A DNA stretch of 64,000 nt. Origin: Nitrospirota bacterium. GTDB lineage: Bacteria; Nitrospirota; UBA9217. Below are positions 39,055 to 48,943 of this stretch, one piece after another (positions within the stretch are counted from its first letter, which is position 1; each line of letters starts with the position of its first letter). Below the pieces are notes generated by a model. The model was not told the DNA's origin, searched no databases, and worked only from the letters and a program-made list of their open reading frames with translations. Where the stretch lies: positions 96,001 through 160,000 of the forward strand of contig CAWIYV010000007.1 of the NCBI GenBank assembly GCA_963840455.1, written 5' to 3'. Both the position numbers and the translations under genes were made by a program.

Positions 39055-39738
39055 CTACGTGGCTGGTCCCTGTGACCTCATCTCGCAGGCCATGTGGCGG
39101 ATGACCTTGCCCTGCACCATGTACACCACCATCTCGGCGATGTTGGTGGCGTGATCGCCCACGCGCTCCAGGTACTTGGTGATGTAGGTGAGGCGTACGG
39201 CGCGGGCGATGTTCTTGGGGTCCTGCAGCATAAAGAGGAGCAGCTCGTTGAAGATCTGCTGGTTCAGGTTGTCCACGAAGTCGTCGGCAGCGCATACCTT
39301 CATGGCCAGGTCCGAGTCCTTCTCCACGAAGGCATCGAGACTGTCCTTCAGCATTTTCTGCGACGCTTCGGCCATGCGCGGAATGTCGATATAAGGCTTG
39401 AGTTGCGGCTCGTCGAGCAGTTCCAGGGAGCGCTCGCAGATGTCCACGGCCAGGTCGCCCATGCGCTCCAGGTCCGTGATGATCTTGATGGCCGTGGTGA
39501 TGAACCGCAGGTCGCTTCCTGTGGGCTGCCAGATGGCCAGGAGCCGGATGCACTCCTCCTCGATCTCCACGTCGTGCGTGTTGATGACGGTGTCGCCGTC
39601 GATGACGGCCAGCGCCAGCTGTCGGTCGCGCTCCACCAGCGCCTTGATGGACTTCCGGATGGCGTCCTCCACCAGGCTGCCCATCCTGAGTACCCGGTCC
39701 TTCAGGTCCGAGAGGTCGTGTTCCAGTCTTCTTACCAT
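39055..39738 (-). CDS. phoU: phosphate signalling protein PhoU
   Basis: QPTGSDLR, DLERMGD, LERVGDHATNIAE. Confidence 0.95.
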   Translation of the reverse strand: MVRRLEHDLSDLKDRVLRMGSLVEDAIRKSIKALVERDRQLALAVIDGDTVINTHDVEIEEECIRLLAIWQPTGSDLRFITTAIKIITDLERMGDLAVDICERSLELLDEPQLKPYIDIPRMAEASQKMLKDSLDAFVEKDSDLAMKVCAADDFVDNLNQQIFNELLLFMLQDPKNIARAVRLTYITKYLERVGDHATNIAEMVVYMVQGKVIRHMACEMRSQGPAT

Positions 39739-39812
39739 GAGGGCCTCCTTTTTCAATTTCCGGATCTCGGATTTATCAATCCCCATTCAGGAATCCGCGA
39801 TCCGCAATGCTT

Positions 39813-40577
39813 CTACCCGAACCTTCCCGTAATGTAATCGTCGGTCTGTTTCTTCTCCGGCGTCGTGAATATCTTCTCTGTCGTGCCGAACTCGACGAGT
39901 TCGCCGAGGTACATGAAGCCCGTCATGTCCGAGACCCGCGCTGCCTGCTGCATGTTGTGGGTCACGATGATGATGGTGACGTACTGCTTGAGCGATGCGA
40001 TCAGCTCCTCGATCTTAGCCGTCGAGATCGGGTCGAGCGCCGAGGTCGGTTCGTCAAAGAGCAGGATGTCGGGCTCCACGGCCAGCGCCCGGGCGATGAC
40101 CAGGCGCTGCTGCTGGCCTCCTGAGAGGTCGTAGGCGCTGTTGTTCAGCTTGCCGCGGACCTCGTCCCAGAGCGCCGCCTGCTTCAGCGCCCGCTCGATG
40201 CGGTCCACCAGCTCCGACTTGGTCCGGATCCCTTTCAAACGGAGGCCGTAGGCGATGTTCTCGGCAATGGACATGGGGAAGGGCGTGGGCTTCTGGAAGA
40301 CCATGCCGATCCTGCTCCGGAGCTTGATGAGGTCCTCTGCGTCTGACAGGATGTTCCTTCCCTCGAAGATGATCTCCCCCTCGTAGCGGTGGCGGGGGTA
40401 GAGGTCGTGCATACGGTTGAAGCACCGGAGGAGGGTCGTCTTGCCGCAGCCAGAGGGCCCGATGAGCGCGGTGACCTTCCGGTTCTGGATCGGCAGCGAG
40501 ACGTCATGCAGGGCACGGACAGCGCTGCTGTAGAAGAAATTGAGGTTCCTGACCTCGAGTTCGAGCGCCTGCGTCAT
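39813..40577 (-). CDS. pstB: phosphate ABC ATPase
   Basis: [32 protein letters not shown]. Confidence 0.96.
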   Translation of the reverse strand: MTQALELEVRNLNFFYSSAVRALHDVSLPIQNRKVTALIGPSGCGKTTLLRCFNRMHDLYPRHRYEGEIIFEGRNILSDAEDLIKLRSRIGMVFQKPTPFPMSIAENIAYGLRLKGIRTKSELVDRIERALKQAALWDEVRGKLNNSAYDLSGGQQQRLVIARALAVEPDILLFDEPTSALDPISTAKIEELIASLKQYVTIIIVTHNMQQAARVSDMTGFMYLGELVEFGTTEKIFTTPEKKQTDDYITGRFG

Positions 40578-41416
40578 TTCTTGTACCTCCATTTCAGGAG
40601 CGCCCGCCCCGTGATCGTGAGCCCGAGGATGAACAGCGTGATGACGAACGATGCTGCCCACGCCTGCCGGTGCCAGTCGTCATAGGGGCCCATGGCGTAC
40701 TGGAAGATGGTGACCGTGAGCGATGCCATGGGGCCGTTCATGTTGGTGGAGAAGAAGGAGTTGTTAAAGGACGTGAAGAGCAGCGGCGCGGTCTCGCCCG
40801 CCACCCGGGCGATGGACAGCAGGATCCCGGTCAGGATGCCCGTGGCTGCCCCGCGGTACACCACCTGGACGATGACCTTGTAGTACGGCGCGCCGAGCGC
40901 GAACGCGGCCTCTCGGATGGTCCAGGGCACGAGCGAGAGCATGTCCTCGGTGGTCCGGAGCACGACGGGGACCATGATCATTGCCAGGGCGACGGCGCCG
41001 GCCCAGCCGCTGAAATGATGGAGCGGCCGAACGAGGATAGCATACACGAAGGCGCCGATGACGATGGATGGCACGCTAACCATGATGTCTGCGAGGATGC
41101 TGATGACCCGGGCGAACGTCCTGCCACGGGCGTACTCGGCAAGGAACGTCCCGCCCAGCACGCCCACAGGAACGCCGATCAGCGTGGCGGCAAGCGTGAT
41201 CATCAGCTGGCCGACGAAGGCATGCCGGAGGCCGCCGCCTGCAACGCCGGCAGGCGCGGAGTCGTTGATGAAGAGGTCAAGCCGGAGCGCACTGATGCCG
41301 TTCGTCAGCACGTCGCCCAGAATGAAAACGAGCCAGAACAGGCCGAAGAGGGCGGCGAGTCCGCTCAGGGTGAGCGCGGCATAGTTCTGTATCTTGCGGG
41401 TCTGTTCGCGGGTCAT
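40574..41416 (-). CDS. pstA: phosphate ABC permease
   Basis: [20 protein letters not shown]. Confidence 0.95.
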   Translation of the reverse strand: MTREQTRKIQNYAALTLSGLAALFGLFWLVFILGDVLTNGISALRLDLFINDSAPAGVAGGGLRHAFVGQLMITLAATLIGVPVGVLGGTFLAEYARGRTFARVISILADIMVSVPSIVIGAFVYAILVRPLHHFSGWAGAVALAMIMVPVVLRTTEDMLSLVPWTIREAAFALGAPYYKVIVQVVYRGAATGILTGILLSIARVAGETAPLLFTSFNNSFFSTNMNGPMASLTVTIFQYAMGPYDDWHRQAWAASFVITLFILGLTITGRALLKWRYKK

Positions 41417-41445
41417 AGGTTCTTAACGGCGATCAAGTGCATGTC

Positions 41446-41526
41446 TCTCGCAAAGCCGCAAAGCTCGCCAAGAAAACCAAAGATAGGTCTCCGTATTCCC
41501 TTTGCGACCTTTGCGTCATGGCGAGA
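41446..41526. repeat. periodic inverted-repeat element (AAG variant)
   Basis: TCTCGCAAAG-CCGCAAAG-CTCGCCAAG ... CTTTGCGAC-CTTTGCGTC-ATGGCGAGA. Confidence 0.75.
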
Positions 41527-41541
41527 CAAAAGCTTTTGCTC

Positions 41542-42486
41542 TTATCTCGAATACTTCCTCTCCGCCCGGAGCAGGAAGATCTTCGCCACGGCCAGGGTGA
41601 TGAAGCTCAGGCCGAAGAGCACCAGCGCCAGGTAATAGAGCGACGACAGGTAGATATCACTGTCCGCCTCGGCGAACTCGTTCGCCAGGGTCACGGTGAT
41701 CGTCGAGGCCGCATCGAAAAGCGACGTGGCGATCTTGTGGCTGTTCCCGAGCACAAAGGCCACGGCCATGGTCTCGCCCAGCGCCCGCCCCAGGGACAGC
41801 GCCACGCCGCCGAAGACGCCGAGCTTGGAATAGGGCAGCACCACGTCCTTCACCACTTCCCACTGCGTTGCACCCATGGCATAGGCCGACTCCTTCACCA
41901 CTGACGGCGTCAGGTTGAAGGCGTCGCGGGAGATGCTGGCGGTAAAGGGGATGATCATGATGGCCAGGATCACGCTTGCCGTCAGCAGGTCGATGCCCAT
42001 GGGCGTTCCGTGGAACAGCACGTTGAAGACCGGCAGCTTACCGAAGGAGTTTTTCATGAATGGTTCGATGTGCTTCGCCATGAGCGGGGCCAGGGTGAAG
42101 AGCCCCCACATGCCGTAGATGATGCTCGGGATGGCGGCGAGCAGTTCGATGGCCGCGCCGATGGGTCCCTTCAGGATGTTCGGGGCGATCTCGGTCACGA
42201 AGATGGCGATGCCCACGGCGGTCGGGATGGCGATCAGCAGGGCGAGGAAGGTCGTGACCATGGTCCCGTAGACCGCGCTTGCCGCTCCGAAGACCTGTTT
42301 CACCGGGTTCCATTCGACCGTGAACAGGAACTGGAAAAAGCCGAACTTCCGGACAGCGGGCCAGGACTCCCACAGGAGCGTTGCCAGGACCCCGAGGATC
42401 AGCAGGATGACCGTGAATGAAGCAAGACCCGTCAGACCGGAGAACAGGAGATCGGCGACGTTCCGTTTGTATACGGGTTTGGCCAC
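41542..42486 (-). CDS. pstC: phosphate ABC permease
   Basis: ELLAAIPSIIYGMWG, GRALGETMAV. Confidence 0.95.
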   Translation of the reverse strand: MAKPVYKRNVADLLFSGLTGLASFTVILLILGVLATLLWESWPAVRKFGFFQFLFTVEWNPVKQVFGAASAVYGTMVTTFLALLIAIPTAVGIAIFVTEIAPNILKGPIGAAIELLAAIPSIIYGMWGLFTLAPLMAKHIEPFMKNSFGKLPVFNVLFHGTPMGIDLLTASVILAIMIIPFTASISRDAFNLTPSVVKESAYAMGATQWEVVKDVVLPYSKLGVFGGVALSLGRALGETMAVAFVLGNSHKIATSLFDAASTITVTLANEFAEADSDIYLSSLYYLALVLFGLSFITLAVAKIFLLRAERKYSR

Positions 42487-42597
42487 GAGGGAGTACCGAG
42501 CCTTTCCTCTTGCTGCGACGTGAGGGAATAATAAAGCCGGCCAGACATAGTATACATGCCCGGCCCGCCGGTTTCAACCGGAGAGCGCTGTGTTCTG

Positions 42598-43608
42598 CTA
42601 CTGGATGCCGTTGGCCTTCCAGTAGCCGCGGACCTTGTCCTTCAGCGACTTCGGCAGGGGAACGTAGACCAGCTCCTTCGCCTTGGCATCGCCGTTCTGG
42701 AAGGACCAGTCAAAGAACTTCACAACCTTTTTGTTGCTGTCCGTCTTCTCCTTTGCCAGCAGGATGAACGTGGCGCCGGCGATCGGCCAGGCGTTCTTGC
42801 CCGGTGCGTTGGTCAGCCAGAGGTAGAAGTCCTGTTTCGGGTCGAAGGTGCCGGTCTCGGCAGCGTTCTCGAAGCTCTCGAAGTTCGGCTCCACGAAGGC
42901 GCCGGCCTTGTTCCTCAACTTCGTATGCACCATCCTGTTCTGCTTGGCATAGGCGAATTCCACATACCCGATGGAGTTTGGCGTCTTGATCACATAGTTC
43001 GCGACGCCTTCGTTCCCCTTGCCGCCGATGCCGACCGGCCAGCTGACCGAGGTGCCGCTACCGACCTTGTCCTTCCAGGCCGTACAGACGCCGTTCAGGT
43101 AGTCCGTGAAGATGGCCGTGGTGCCCGAGCCGTCGGAGCGGTGCACCACGGTGATGTCAGCGTCCGGCAGTTTCAGGACCGCGTTCATGGCCGCGATCTG
43201 CTTGTCATTCCACTTCTTGATGTCGCCCAGGAATATCCTGCAGGCCGTGTCTCCGTCGAGCTTCAGTTCTCCGGCCTTGATGCCCGGGACATTGACGACG
43301 AACACGACGCCGCCGACCACAGCCGGGAACTGCAGGAGCTTGCCCTTGGCCAGTTCCTCCGGGGTGAGCGGTTTGTCCGAGGCGCCGAAGTGCACGGTCC
43401 TCTCGGTGATCTGTTTGATCCCGCCGCCCGAGCCGATGGACTGGTAGTTGAGCTGCATGCCGCTCACCTTGCTGTATTCGAAGGCCCAGGCCGAATAGAC
43501 CGGGTAGGGGAAGGTGGCCCCGGCGCCGTTTAGGGTCTCCGCTGCCCGGCTTGCGGTCGCGTACAGGATTATCAGCGTCACGAGCAACGTCAGTACGATC
43601 TTCTTCAT
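42598..43608 (-). CDS. pstS: phosphate-binding protein
   Basis: GAGATFP, YQSIGSGGG, FGASD, RSDGSGTT. Confidence 0.96.
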   Translation of the reverse strand: MKKIVLTLLVTLIILYATASRAAETLNGAGATFPYPVYSAWAFEYSKVSGMQLNYQSIGSGGGIKQITERTVHFGASDKPLTPEELAKGKLLQFPAVVGGVVFVVNVPGIKAGELKLDGDTACRIFLGDIKKWNDKQIAAMNAVLKLPDADITVVHRSDGSGTTAIFTDYLNGVCTAWKDKVGSGTSVSWPVGIGGKGNEGVANYVIKTPNSIGYVEFAYAKQNRMVHTKLRNKAGAFVEPNFESFENAAETGTFDPKQDFYLWLTNAPGKNAWPIAGATFILLAKEKTDSNKKVVKFFDWSFQNGDAKAKELVYVPLPKSLKDKVRGYWKANGIQ

Positions 43609-43644
43609 GGGTATATCTCCTCCTTTGAATTTTATCATGGATTC

Positions 43645-43700
43645 TTTATAACGGAGGATTATTACAGGAATGTTACAGGACCGTGAAAACACGGTTACAG
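43645..43700 (-). promoter_or_regulatory. Pho boxes and -10 of pstS
   Basis: Four 11-bp-phased units CTGTAAC/TTTTCAC/CTGTAAC/CTGTAAT, then 10 bp to TATAAA. Confidence 0.85.
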
Positions 43701-43981
43701 ACACGGACAAGCACCTTCGGCCTTTCCCGGAGAAAAAGTGAAAGGAATTGAAACGGTTTCGGCTGGGGCGCAAAGGCTTGCGCACGAATAGTGATGGCCG
43801 CAAAGAAAGCAGGCTGACTGTACGGAGCCCAGTCCTCCCGGGAAACATACGACAGGGGGACGATAGAACCGACACGGTGTCGCGGAGACGTCAAGGGACG
43901 ATGCTGTCCTGCCTTGCGCTTCCTGCTGCTGAACAGACATTCCCCTTGCTCCTGCCCTGCATTTCCCGTAATATCGTTGTT

Positions 43982-44680
43982 ATGGAGCTCAAGAGCCGGA
44001 TCCTCGTGGTGGACGATGAGCAGGACATCCTGCAGCTCGTCACCTACAACCTGAAGAAGGAAGGATACCTGGTGGAGGAGGCGCATACCGGGGACGCGGC
44101 GCTCCGGATGGTGCGCGAGCGGCCCTACCAGCTGATCCTGCTGGACCTCATGCTGCCTGGGCTCTCAGGCATGGAGCTCTGCCGCATCTTCAAGAACGAT
44201 CAAGGGACCGCCCACATCCCCATCATCATGCTGACCGCGCGGTCCGAGGAGATGGACAAGGTGATGGGCCTCGAGACGGGCGCCGACGACTACATCACCA
44301 AGCCCTTCAGCGTCCGCGAGCTCATGGCCCGCGTCAAGAGCGTGCTTCGCCGCGTTGGAGGAACCCTCGCGGGCAGGAAAGTGCTCCGCGCCGGCGGCAT
44401 CGAGGTTGACCTCGAGCGCCACCGCGTCAAGGCCGGGGAGCAGGTCGTGGACCTCTCCCCGACCGAGTTCCGCCTGCTCCGCTTCCTGATGGAGCGGAAA
44501 GGCAAGGTCTTCAGCCGCGACCAGATCCTTGACGCGGTCTGGAAGGGCGAGTCCTTCGTCGAGTCCCGCACGGTTGACGTGCACATCCGGCGGCTCCGTG
44601 CGGAACTGGACAAGGCCGGTGTGGGCAGCGCAGTCGAGACCGTGCGGGGCGTAGGCTACCGGTTCAGCGACGAGGGATGA
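43982..44680 (+). CDS. phoB: PhoB-type response regulator
   Basis: REC plus OmpR winged helix (RTVDVHIRRLR, ETVRGVGYRF). Divergent from pstS. Confidence 0.9.
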   Translation: MELKSRILVVDDEQDILQLVTYNLKKEGYLVEEAHTGDAALRMVRERPYQLILLDLMLPGLSGMELCRIFKNDQGTAHIPIIMLTARSEEMDKVMGLETGADDYITKPFSVRELMARVKSVLRRVGGTLAGRKVLRAGGIEVDLERHRVKAGEQVVDLSPTEFRLLRFLMERKGKVFSRDQILDAVWKGESFVESRTVDVHIRRLRAELDKAGVGSAVETVRGVGYRFSDEG

Positions 44681-44681
44681 A

Positions 44682-44991
44682 TCCAGGAGCGAGCGCTTAG
44701 CGAGCGATTAGGATAAAGACATTACCCTGAGGATCGAAGCGCCATGCAGTATTCTGTAGGGGGCTTCAATCCAGGAGCGAGCGCTTAGCGAGCGATTAGG
44801 ATAAAGACATTACCCTGAGGATCGAAGCGCCATGCAGTATTCTGTAGGGGGCTTCAATCCAGGGGCGAGCGCTTAGCGAGCGATTAGGATAAAGACATTA
44901 CTCTGAGGATCGAAGCGCCATGCAGTATTCTGTAGGGAGCTTCAATCCAGGAGAGAATGCATTCCCTTCAGCGTGCTGAATGTTGCTTTAA
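44682..44991 (+). mobile_element. tandem array: 3 x 88-bp mini-IS units plus a degenerate ~46-bp unit
   Basis: AATCCAG recurs at 44680, 44768, 44856 and 44944. Units end GCTTCAA. Confidence 0.85.
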
Positions 44992-45152
44992 TGCTCGCAT
45001 CAAAATGTCAGGATGACCGATAGCACCTATCTGTTTCTTCCCCACATCACTCCTCTCTTCTCTCTCTCGCAAAGAGCAGCGAAATTGTGTTATAGTATTT
45101 CCAGTGCGCGCAACGCTACGCTGTCTCAAATAGCCTTCCCGCGAGGTGGTCC

Positions 45153-45722
45153 ATGAACCGTGTCATCGAATCCATCAGAAAACGAAGGTCCATACGTGCC
45201 TATGACGCGAAGCCCGTGCCGCGGGAACTGGTGAACACGGTCATCGAGGCTGGGAACGAGGCGCCATCGGCCATGAACAGCCAGCCCTGGAGGTTCGTGG
45301 TGGCCGAGGACCCGGCGGTGAAGAGGAAGCTGCTCGGCGCGGCCCTGCCGCAGGCAAAGAAGATCACTGAGCAGGTGAAGGACGTGGATCCGGAGCGGTA
45401 TGTGATGATCAAGAAACGCTACGCGGAGCTGCCGGACCCGGTCTACTACTCTGCGCCCACGGTCATCTTTGTCATCGGCAACGGACGGTACGCAGCGCAC
45501 TCCTGCCCGCTGGCGTGCGAGAACATGATGCTCGCGGCCCATTCGCTCGGCCTCGGAAGCTGCTGGGTCGGTTTCGGCGCCATGGTGACCGAGGACGGTT
45601 CGGTGCGGAAGCTTCTGGACCTGCAGGAAGGGGACGCGATCTTCGGCCCCATCCTGCTCGGCTATCCGAAGGGCGAGGCCATGCGGCCGCCGAAGAAGGA
45701 ACCGAAGGTGATGTGGCTCTGA
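45153..45722 (+). CDS. nitroreductase family protein
   Basis: RRSIRAY, APSAMNSQPWRF, GLGSCWVG. Confidence 0.92.
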   Translation: MNRVIESIRKRRSIRAYDAKPVPRELVNTVIEAGNEAPSAMNSQPWRFVVAEDPAVKRKLLGAALPQAKKITEQVKDVDPERYVMIKKRYAELPDPVYYSAPTVIFVIGNGRYAAHSCPLACENMMLAAHSLGLGSCWVGFGAMVTEDGSVRKLLDLQEGDAIFGPILLGYPKGEAMRPPKKEPKVMWL

Positions 45723-45822
45723 CCCTGGGGCAGAGCCTTAGGGTCAAATGCCTCATACAGTGAAAAAATAATCCTACCGCCAAGACGCCAGGGACCCGCA
45801 GTATCCGGCCGTATGTATCGAT

Positions 45823-46986
45823 ATGAAAAAAGACGCGACGACTATATTCGGGCCCCGGATGACCGCCCGGAAGGACCTCCAGCCCACGCCGGAAGAGCTG
45901 GACGCCTTCCTAGAGCAGATGAAGAAGCAGGGCACCCTGATGCCGCTTGTCAAGGGCCTTGCCAGGCTCCGGCTCTTGCTGATCGATATCGATGCCTTCG
46001 AACAGCGACGCAGGTTGGACCCCGGGCAGCAGGACCTCCATGATCGCATGGTGTTCGGCATCCTTCTGCATACGCGCTTCATCAACGAAGATCTCCTGCA
46101 GGCCGTGACCCTGTTCCACTATCACCTCCGCGCGCTGGCGTCGCTGGATCTCGAAAGCCCCGTTGAGTTCATCGTCGCAGCGGAGCGGACGATGAAGAAA
46201 CTGAACAGGAAGAAGATCGACCACGCGCTCAGGATGGTGCGGCTTACGGAAATGATCGAAGAGCGAAAGAAGATGATCGCCGGCATCGAGGCCCGGAGGG
46301 CCCAATTGAGCGCCGAGCTCCGGAGCATTGCCTGGTATGTACAGGACAATCTGGTCGCGACGGAGATGCTTTGCCGGAAGTCGATCGTCATTCTTGTCGA
46401 GATCGGTCTGGAAAAACAGAAAGAAAGTGAATTGATCGAGGCCATCAGGAAGCAGTTCAAAAAAGAGCTCAGTGCATCCCTTGGTGTCCGCCAACTCACC
46501 ACAGACGCTGTGGCAAAGGCGAAGCACGTGGTCGATCGGCTGACGCACAAGCTGTCAAGGCTGATCCGGGACGATGTGTACCATTTATCGCAATTATATG
46601 AGGTGATCCATGACCGCATGCAGGTCGCGGCGAAGGAACTCGGCGGTTTCCTGACCGGAGCGGCGTGCGTGCAGGGCAATAAGAGACAGGACAGCATTGA
46701 GCTCTTTCAGCGGATCGGGGAGGTCCTCGTCTCGCTCATTACCGACTATCCCCGGGAGCTGAAGCCATACAAGTCCGCTGTGGACACGACGACCAACGCG
46801 CTCGTTCTGGAAAAAAGACGCGAAATGGTAGATCATCTGCTCGAGCAGGTCGGGATCGAGCGGAGGAGGAGGTCGGATCGCAGAACAACGCCGGACCGGA
46901 GAAAGCGCCAGGACCCGGATTACCGGGGGTCAGAGCGGAGGGTCCTTCGGGACCGGCGGACTCGGGCAGGACGCAGGGGGTCGTGA
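45823..46986 (+). CDS. hypothetical helical protein with Arg-rich ERR/DRR tail
   Basis: 387-aa ORF in a co-directional cluster. Confidence 0.7.
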   Translation: MKKDATTIFGPRMTARKDLQPTPEELDAFLEQMKKQGTLMPLVKGLARLRLLLIDIDAFEQRRRLDPGQQDLHDRMVFGILLHTRFINEDLLQAVTLFHYHLRALASLDLESPVEFIVAAERTMKKLNRKKIDHALRMVRLTEMIEERKKMIAGIEARRAQLSAELRSIAWYVQDNLVATEMLCRKSIVILVEIGLEKQKESELIEAIRKQFKKELSASLGVRQLTTDAVAKAKHVVDRLTHKLSRLIRDDVYHLSQLYEVIHDRMQVAAKELGGFLTGAACVQGNKRQDSIELFQRIGEVLVSLITDYPRELKPYKSAVDTTTNALVLEKRREMVDHLLEQVGIERRRRSDRRTTPDRRKRQDPDYRGSERRVLRDRRTRAGRRGS

Positions 46987-47046
46987 CCGGCTGTTGGAGT
47001 TTCTTTTTCATTGCTCAAATGCTTGTCGGGAAACAGAGGTGCTGTA

Positions 47047-47583
47047 ATGACGAAACGGTCCCTTCCCTTGTCCAGGGTCTATGGCCTGCTCGAACCGGGG
47101 CCGGTCGTGATGCTTACGACTGCCGGCAGGGGGCAGGCGAACATCATGACCATGTCGTGGCACACCATGATGGAGTTCGAGCCGCCGCTGGTCGGCTGCG
47201 TGATCAGCAACCGGAACTACACCTTTGGCATCCTGAAGAAGACGGGGGAGTGCGTGATCAACATCCCGACCAGGGAGCTGGTGAAAGAGGCCGTCGGCTG
47301 CGGGAACACCTCGGGCCGGACGATCGACAAGTTCAAGGCCTTCCACCTCACGCCGACAGCTGCCACAGTCGTCAAGGCGCCGCTTATCGACGAGTGCTAT
47401 GCCAATCTTGAATGCAGGGTCGTTGATGCGAGCATGGTACACAAATACAATTTCTTTATCCTTGAGGTGCTCAAGGCGTGGATCGACCCGTCAAAGAAGG
47501 ACCCCAGGACGATCCATCATCGCGGCAAGGGCATGTTCATGATCGGCGGAAAGACGATCAAACTACCTTCCAAGATGAAGTAA
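47047..47583 (+). CDS. flavin reductase-like protein
   Basis: NIMTMSW, ECVINIP, GNTSGRTIDKF, APLIDECYANLEC. Confidence 0.9.
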   Translation: MTKRSLPLSRVYGLLEPGPVVMLTTAGRGQANIMTMSWHTMMEFEPPLVGCVISNRNYTFGILKKTGECVINIPTRELVKEAVGCGNTSGRTIDKFKAFHLTPTAATVVKAPLIDECYANLECRVVDASMVHKYNFFILEVLKAWIDPSKKDPRTIHHRGKGMFMIGGKTIKLPSKMK

Positions 47584-47616
47584 TTTCACTCCTGAGCAGT
47601 ACAAGGAAGGCTGGCC

Positions 47617-47994
47617 ATGACGTCCCGGAAAAGACATCGTCTTGCAGCTGCGCTGGCGCTGGCAATAGGGTTGATGACCATCGTCGAAGGGGGGAGCGTC
47701 CTGCTCGGCATTGAGACCAAGCCGTACCACGTCCTTCCCTGGCTACTTCGCTATAACGTAGTAATGGGCTTCCTATCTCTGGCAGCGGGCATCGGCATGT
47801 GGATGGAGAAGAACTGGGCTGGAGTGCTTGCGAGGACGATCCTTGTCTGCCACGGGGCGGTCTTTCTTACGCTCGTTGGTATGCAGCTGCTCGGAAAGAG
47901 CGTGGCTATGAACAGCATCGGGGCGATGCTGTTCCGGACAGGGATATGGATCGGGATCAACTTCATGATCAGAGGGAAGGAAGAGAAGGGATAG
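47617..47994 (+). CDS. small membrane protein
   Basis: Four hydrophobic segments. Confidence 0.7.
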   Translation: MTSRKRHRLAAALALAIGLMTIVEGGSVLLGIETKPYHVLPWLLRYNVVMGFLSLAAGIGMWMEKNWAGVLARTILVCHGAVFLTLVGMQLLGKSVAMNSIGAMLFRTGIWIGINFMIRGKEEKG

Positions 47995-48183
47995 TATTCC
48001 AGGATTCCAGGCCTAACCCCGGACAACCTAAATAAAAATGTCGGAAGCGATGATAGAAAACTTCCGACGTCGAGGGAGGCTGATAGATCGGACCCGCGAG
48101 TATGGAGAGGCTGTCAGCCTATAAAGCCGATGTACCCCAATGCTTCACGACTCATTCACGGCGGATGAGAGAGGTTTGCACGA

Positions 48184-48531
48184 ATGAATGAGCAGGAGAT
48201 CGAACAGATCAGGCAAAAGCTCCTTTGTCTTCGAGCCGAGCTTCTCACTTTTGAAGGATCATCGAGAGAGGCGACCCAGCCGGCGGAACTTGATCAAGAC
48301 GGCATGGGCAGCCTTTCGCGCAGGGCTGCCATGCACATGCAGCAAAAGGCCCAGGAAGGCGCCATGCGGCGCAAGCGTCAACTCCAGAAAATTGACGGCG
48401 CTTTGCGTCGTATAGAAACCGGAGAATACGGCAGGTGTTTTATATGCGAGGAGAAAATTGATGCTTGCAGTCTTTCCAATGACCCGACAAGCACTCGCTG
48501 CGTGAACTGTGTCGAAAGCTCGTCGTCCTGA
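48184..48531 (+). CDS. TraR/DksA C4 zinc-finger protein (divergent)
   Basis: ALRRIETGEYGRCFICEEKI ... CVNC. Confidence 0.85.
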   Translation: MNEQEIEQIRQKLLCLRAELLTFEGSSREATQPAELDQDGMGSLSRRAAMHMQQKAQEGAMRRKRQLQKIDGALRRIETGEYGRCFICEEKIDACSLSNDPTSTRCVNCVESSSS

Positions 48532-48943
48532 CTAGGAAGCCATTAGGGCCAGGTCTTGCGGTTTGACCTTTTGCTTTACGAGTTTATCTTCCGGTTCAAG
48601 GACGCATCCCTCGTTCGATCATCGGATGCAGAGGCTTGCGCGCGGATCGTGATTGCCGCAAGGAAAGCAGGCTGGCGTTACGGGGTCTAGACCGCGCAGC
48701 TCCGACGGGAAATGGGGAGGGCATCGTAAAGGTCGCAGTGTTGAAGTCCGAGGACGGAACGGCTGCGTGGTGGTGTTTCTTAAAGAGCGATAAGCCGCCG
48801 GGAAACGACAGGAAGGCGCCGGGGTCAGTCCTTGATCCCGGATTTTATTTTTTTATGATTGTGTCGACAGGGGAGAACGTGAGGATTCAAACTACGTTCA
48901 TGCCAAGGGAACATCGGGATCTCTTCCGCAACATGTTCTCTTA

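Noticed and set aside
44680-44943. CRISPR array
   Set aside because: Units are near-identical over their whole 88 bp with no unique spacers, they match the dispersed mini-IS family, and there are no cas genes.
48010-48040. attC-like GCCTAAC after a small membrane gene
   Set aside because: No matching L boxes or GTTRRRY partner at a suitable distance.
48546-48700. REP-associated tyrosine transposase remnant (GGGCCAGGTCTTGC end, MQRLA..RIVI-like start)
   Set aside because: Too short and degenerate, with no HUH motif visible.
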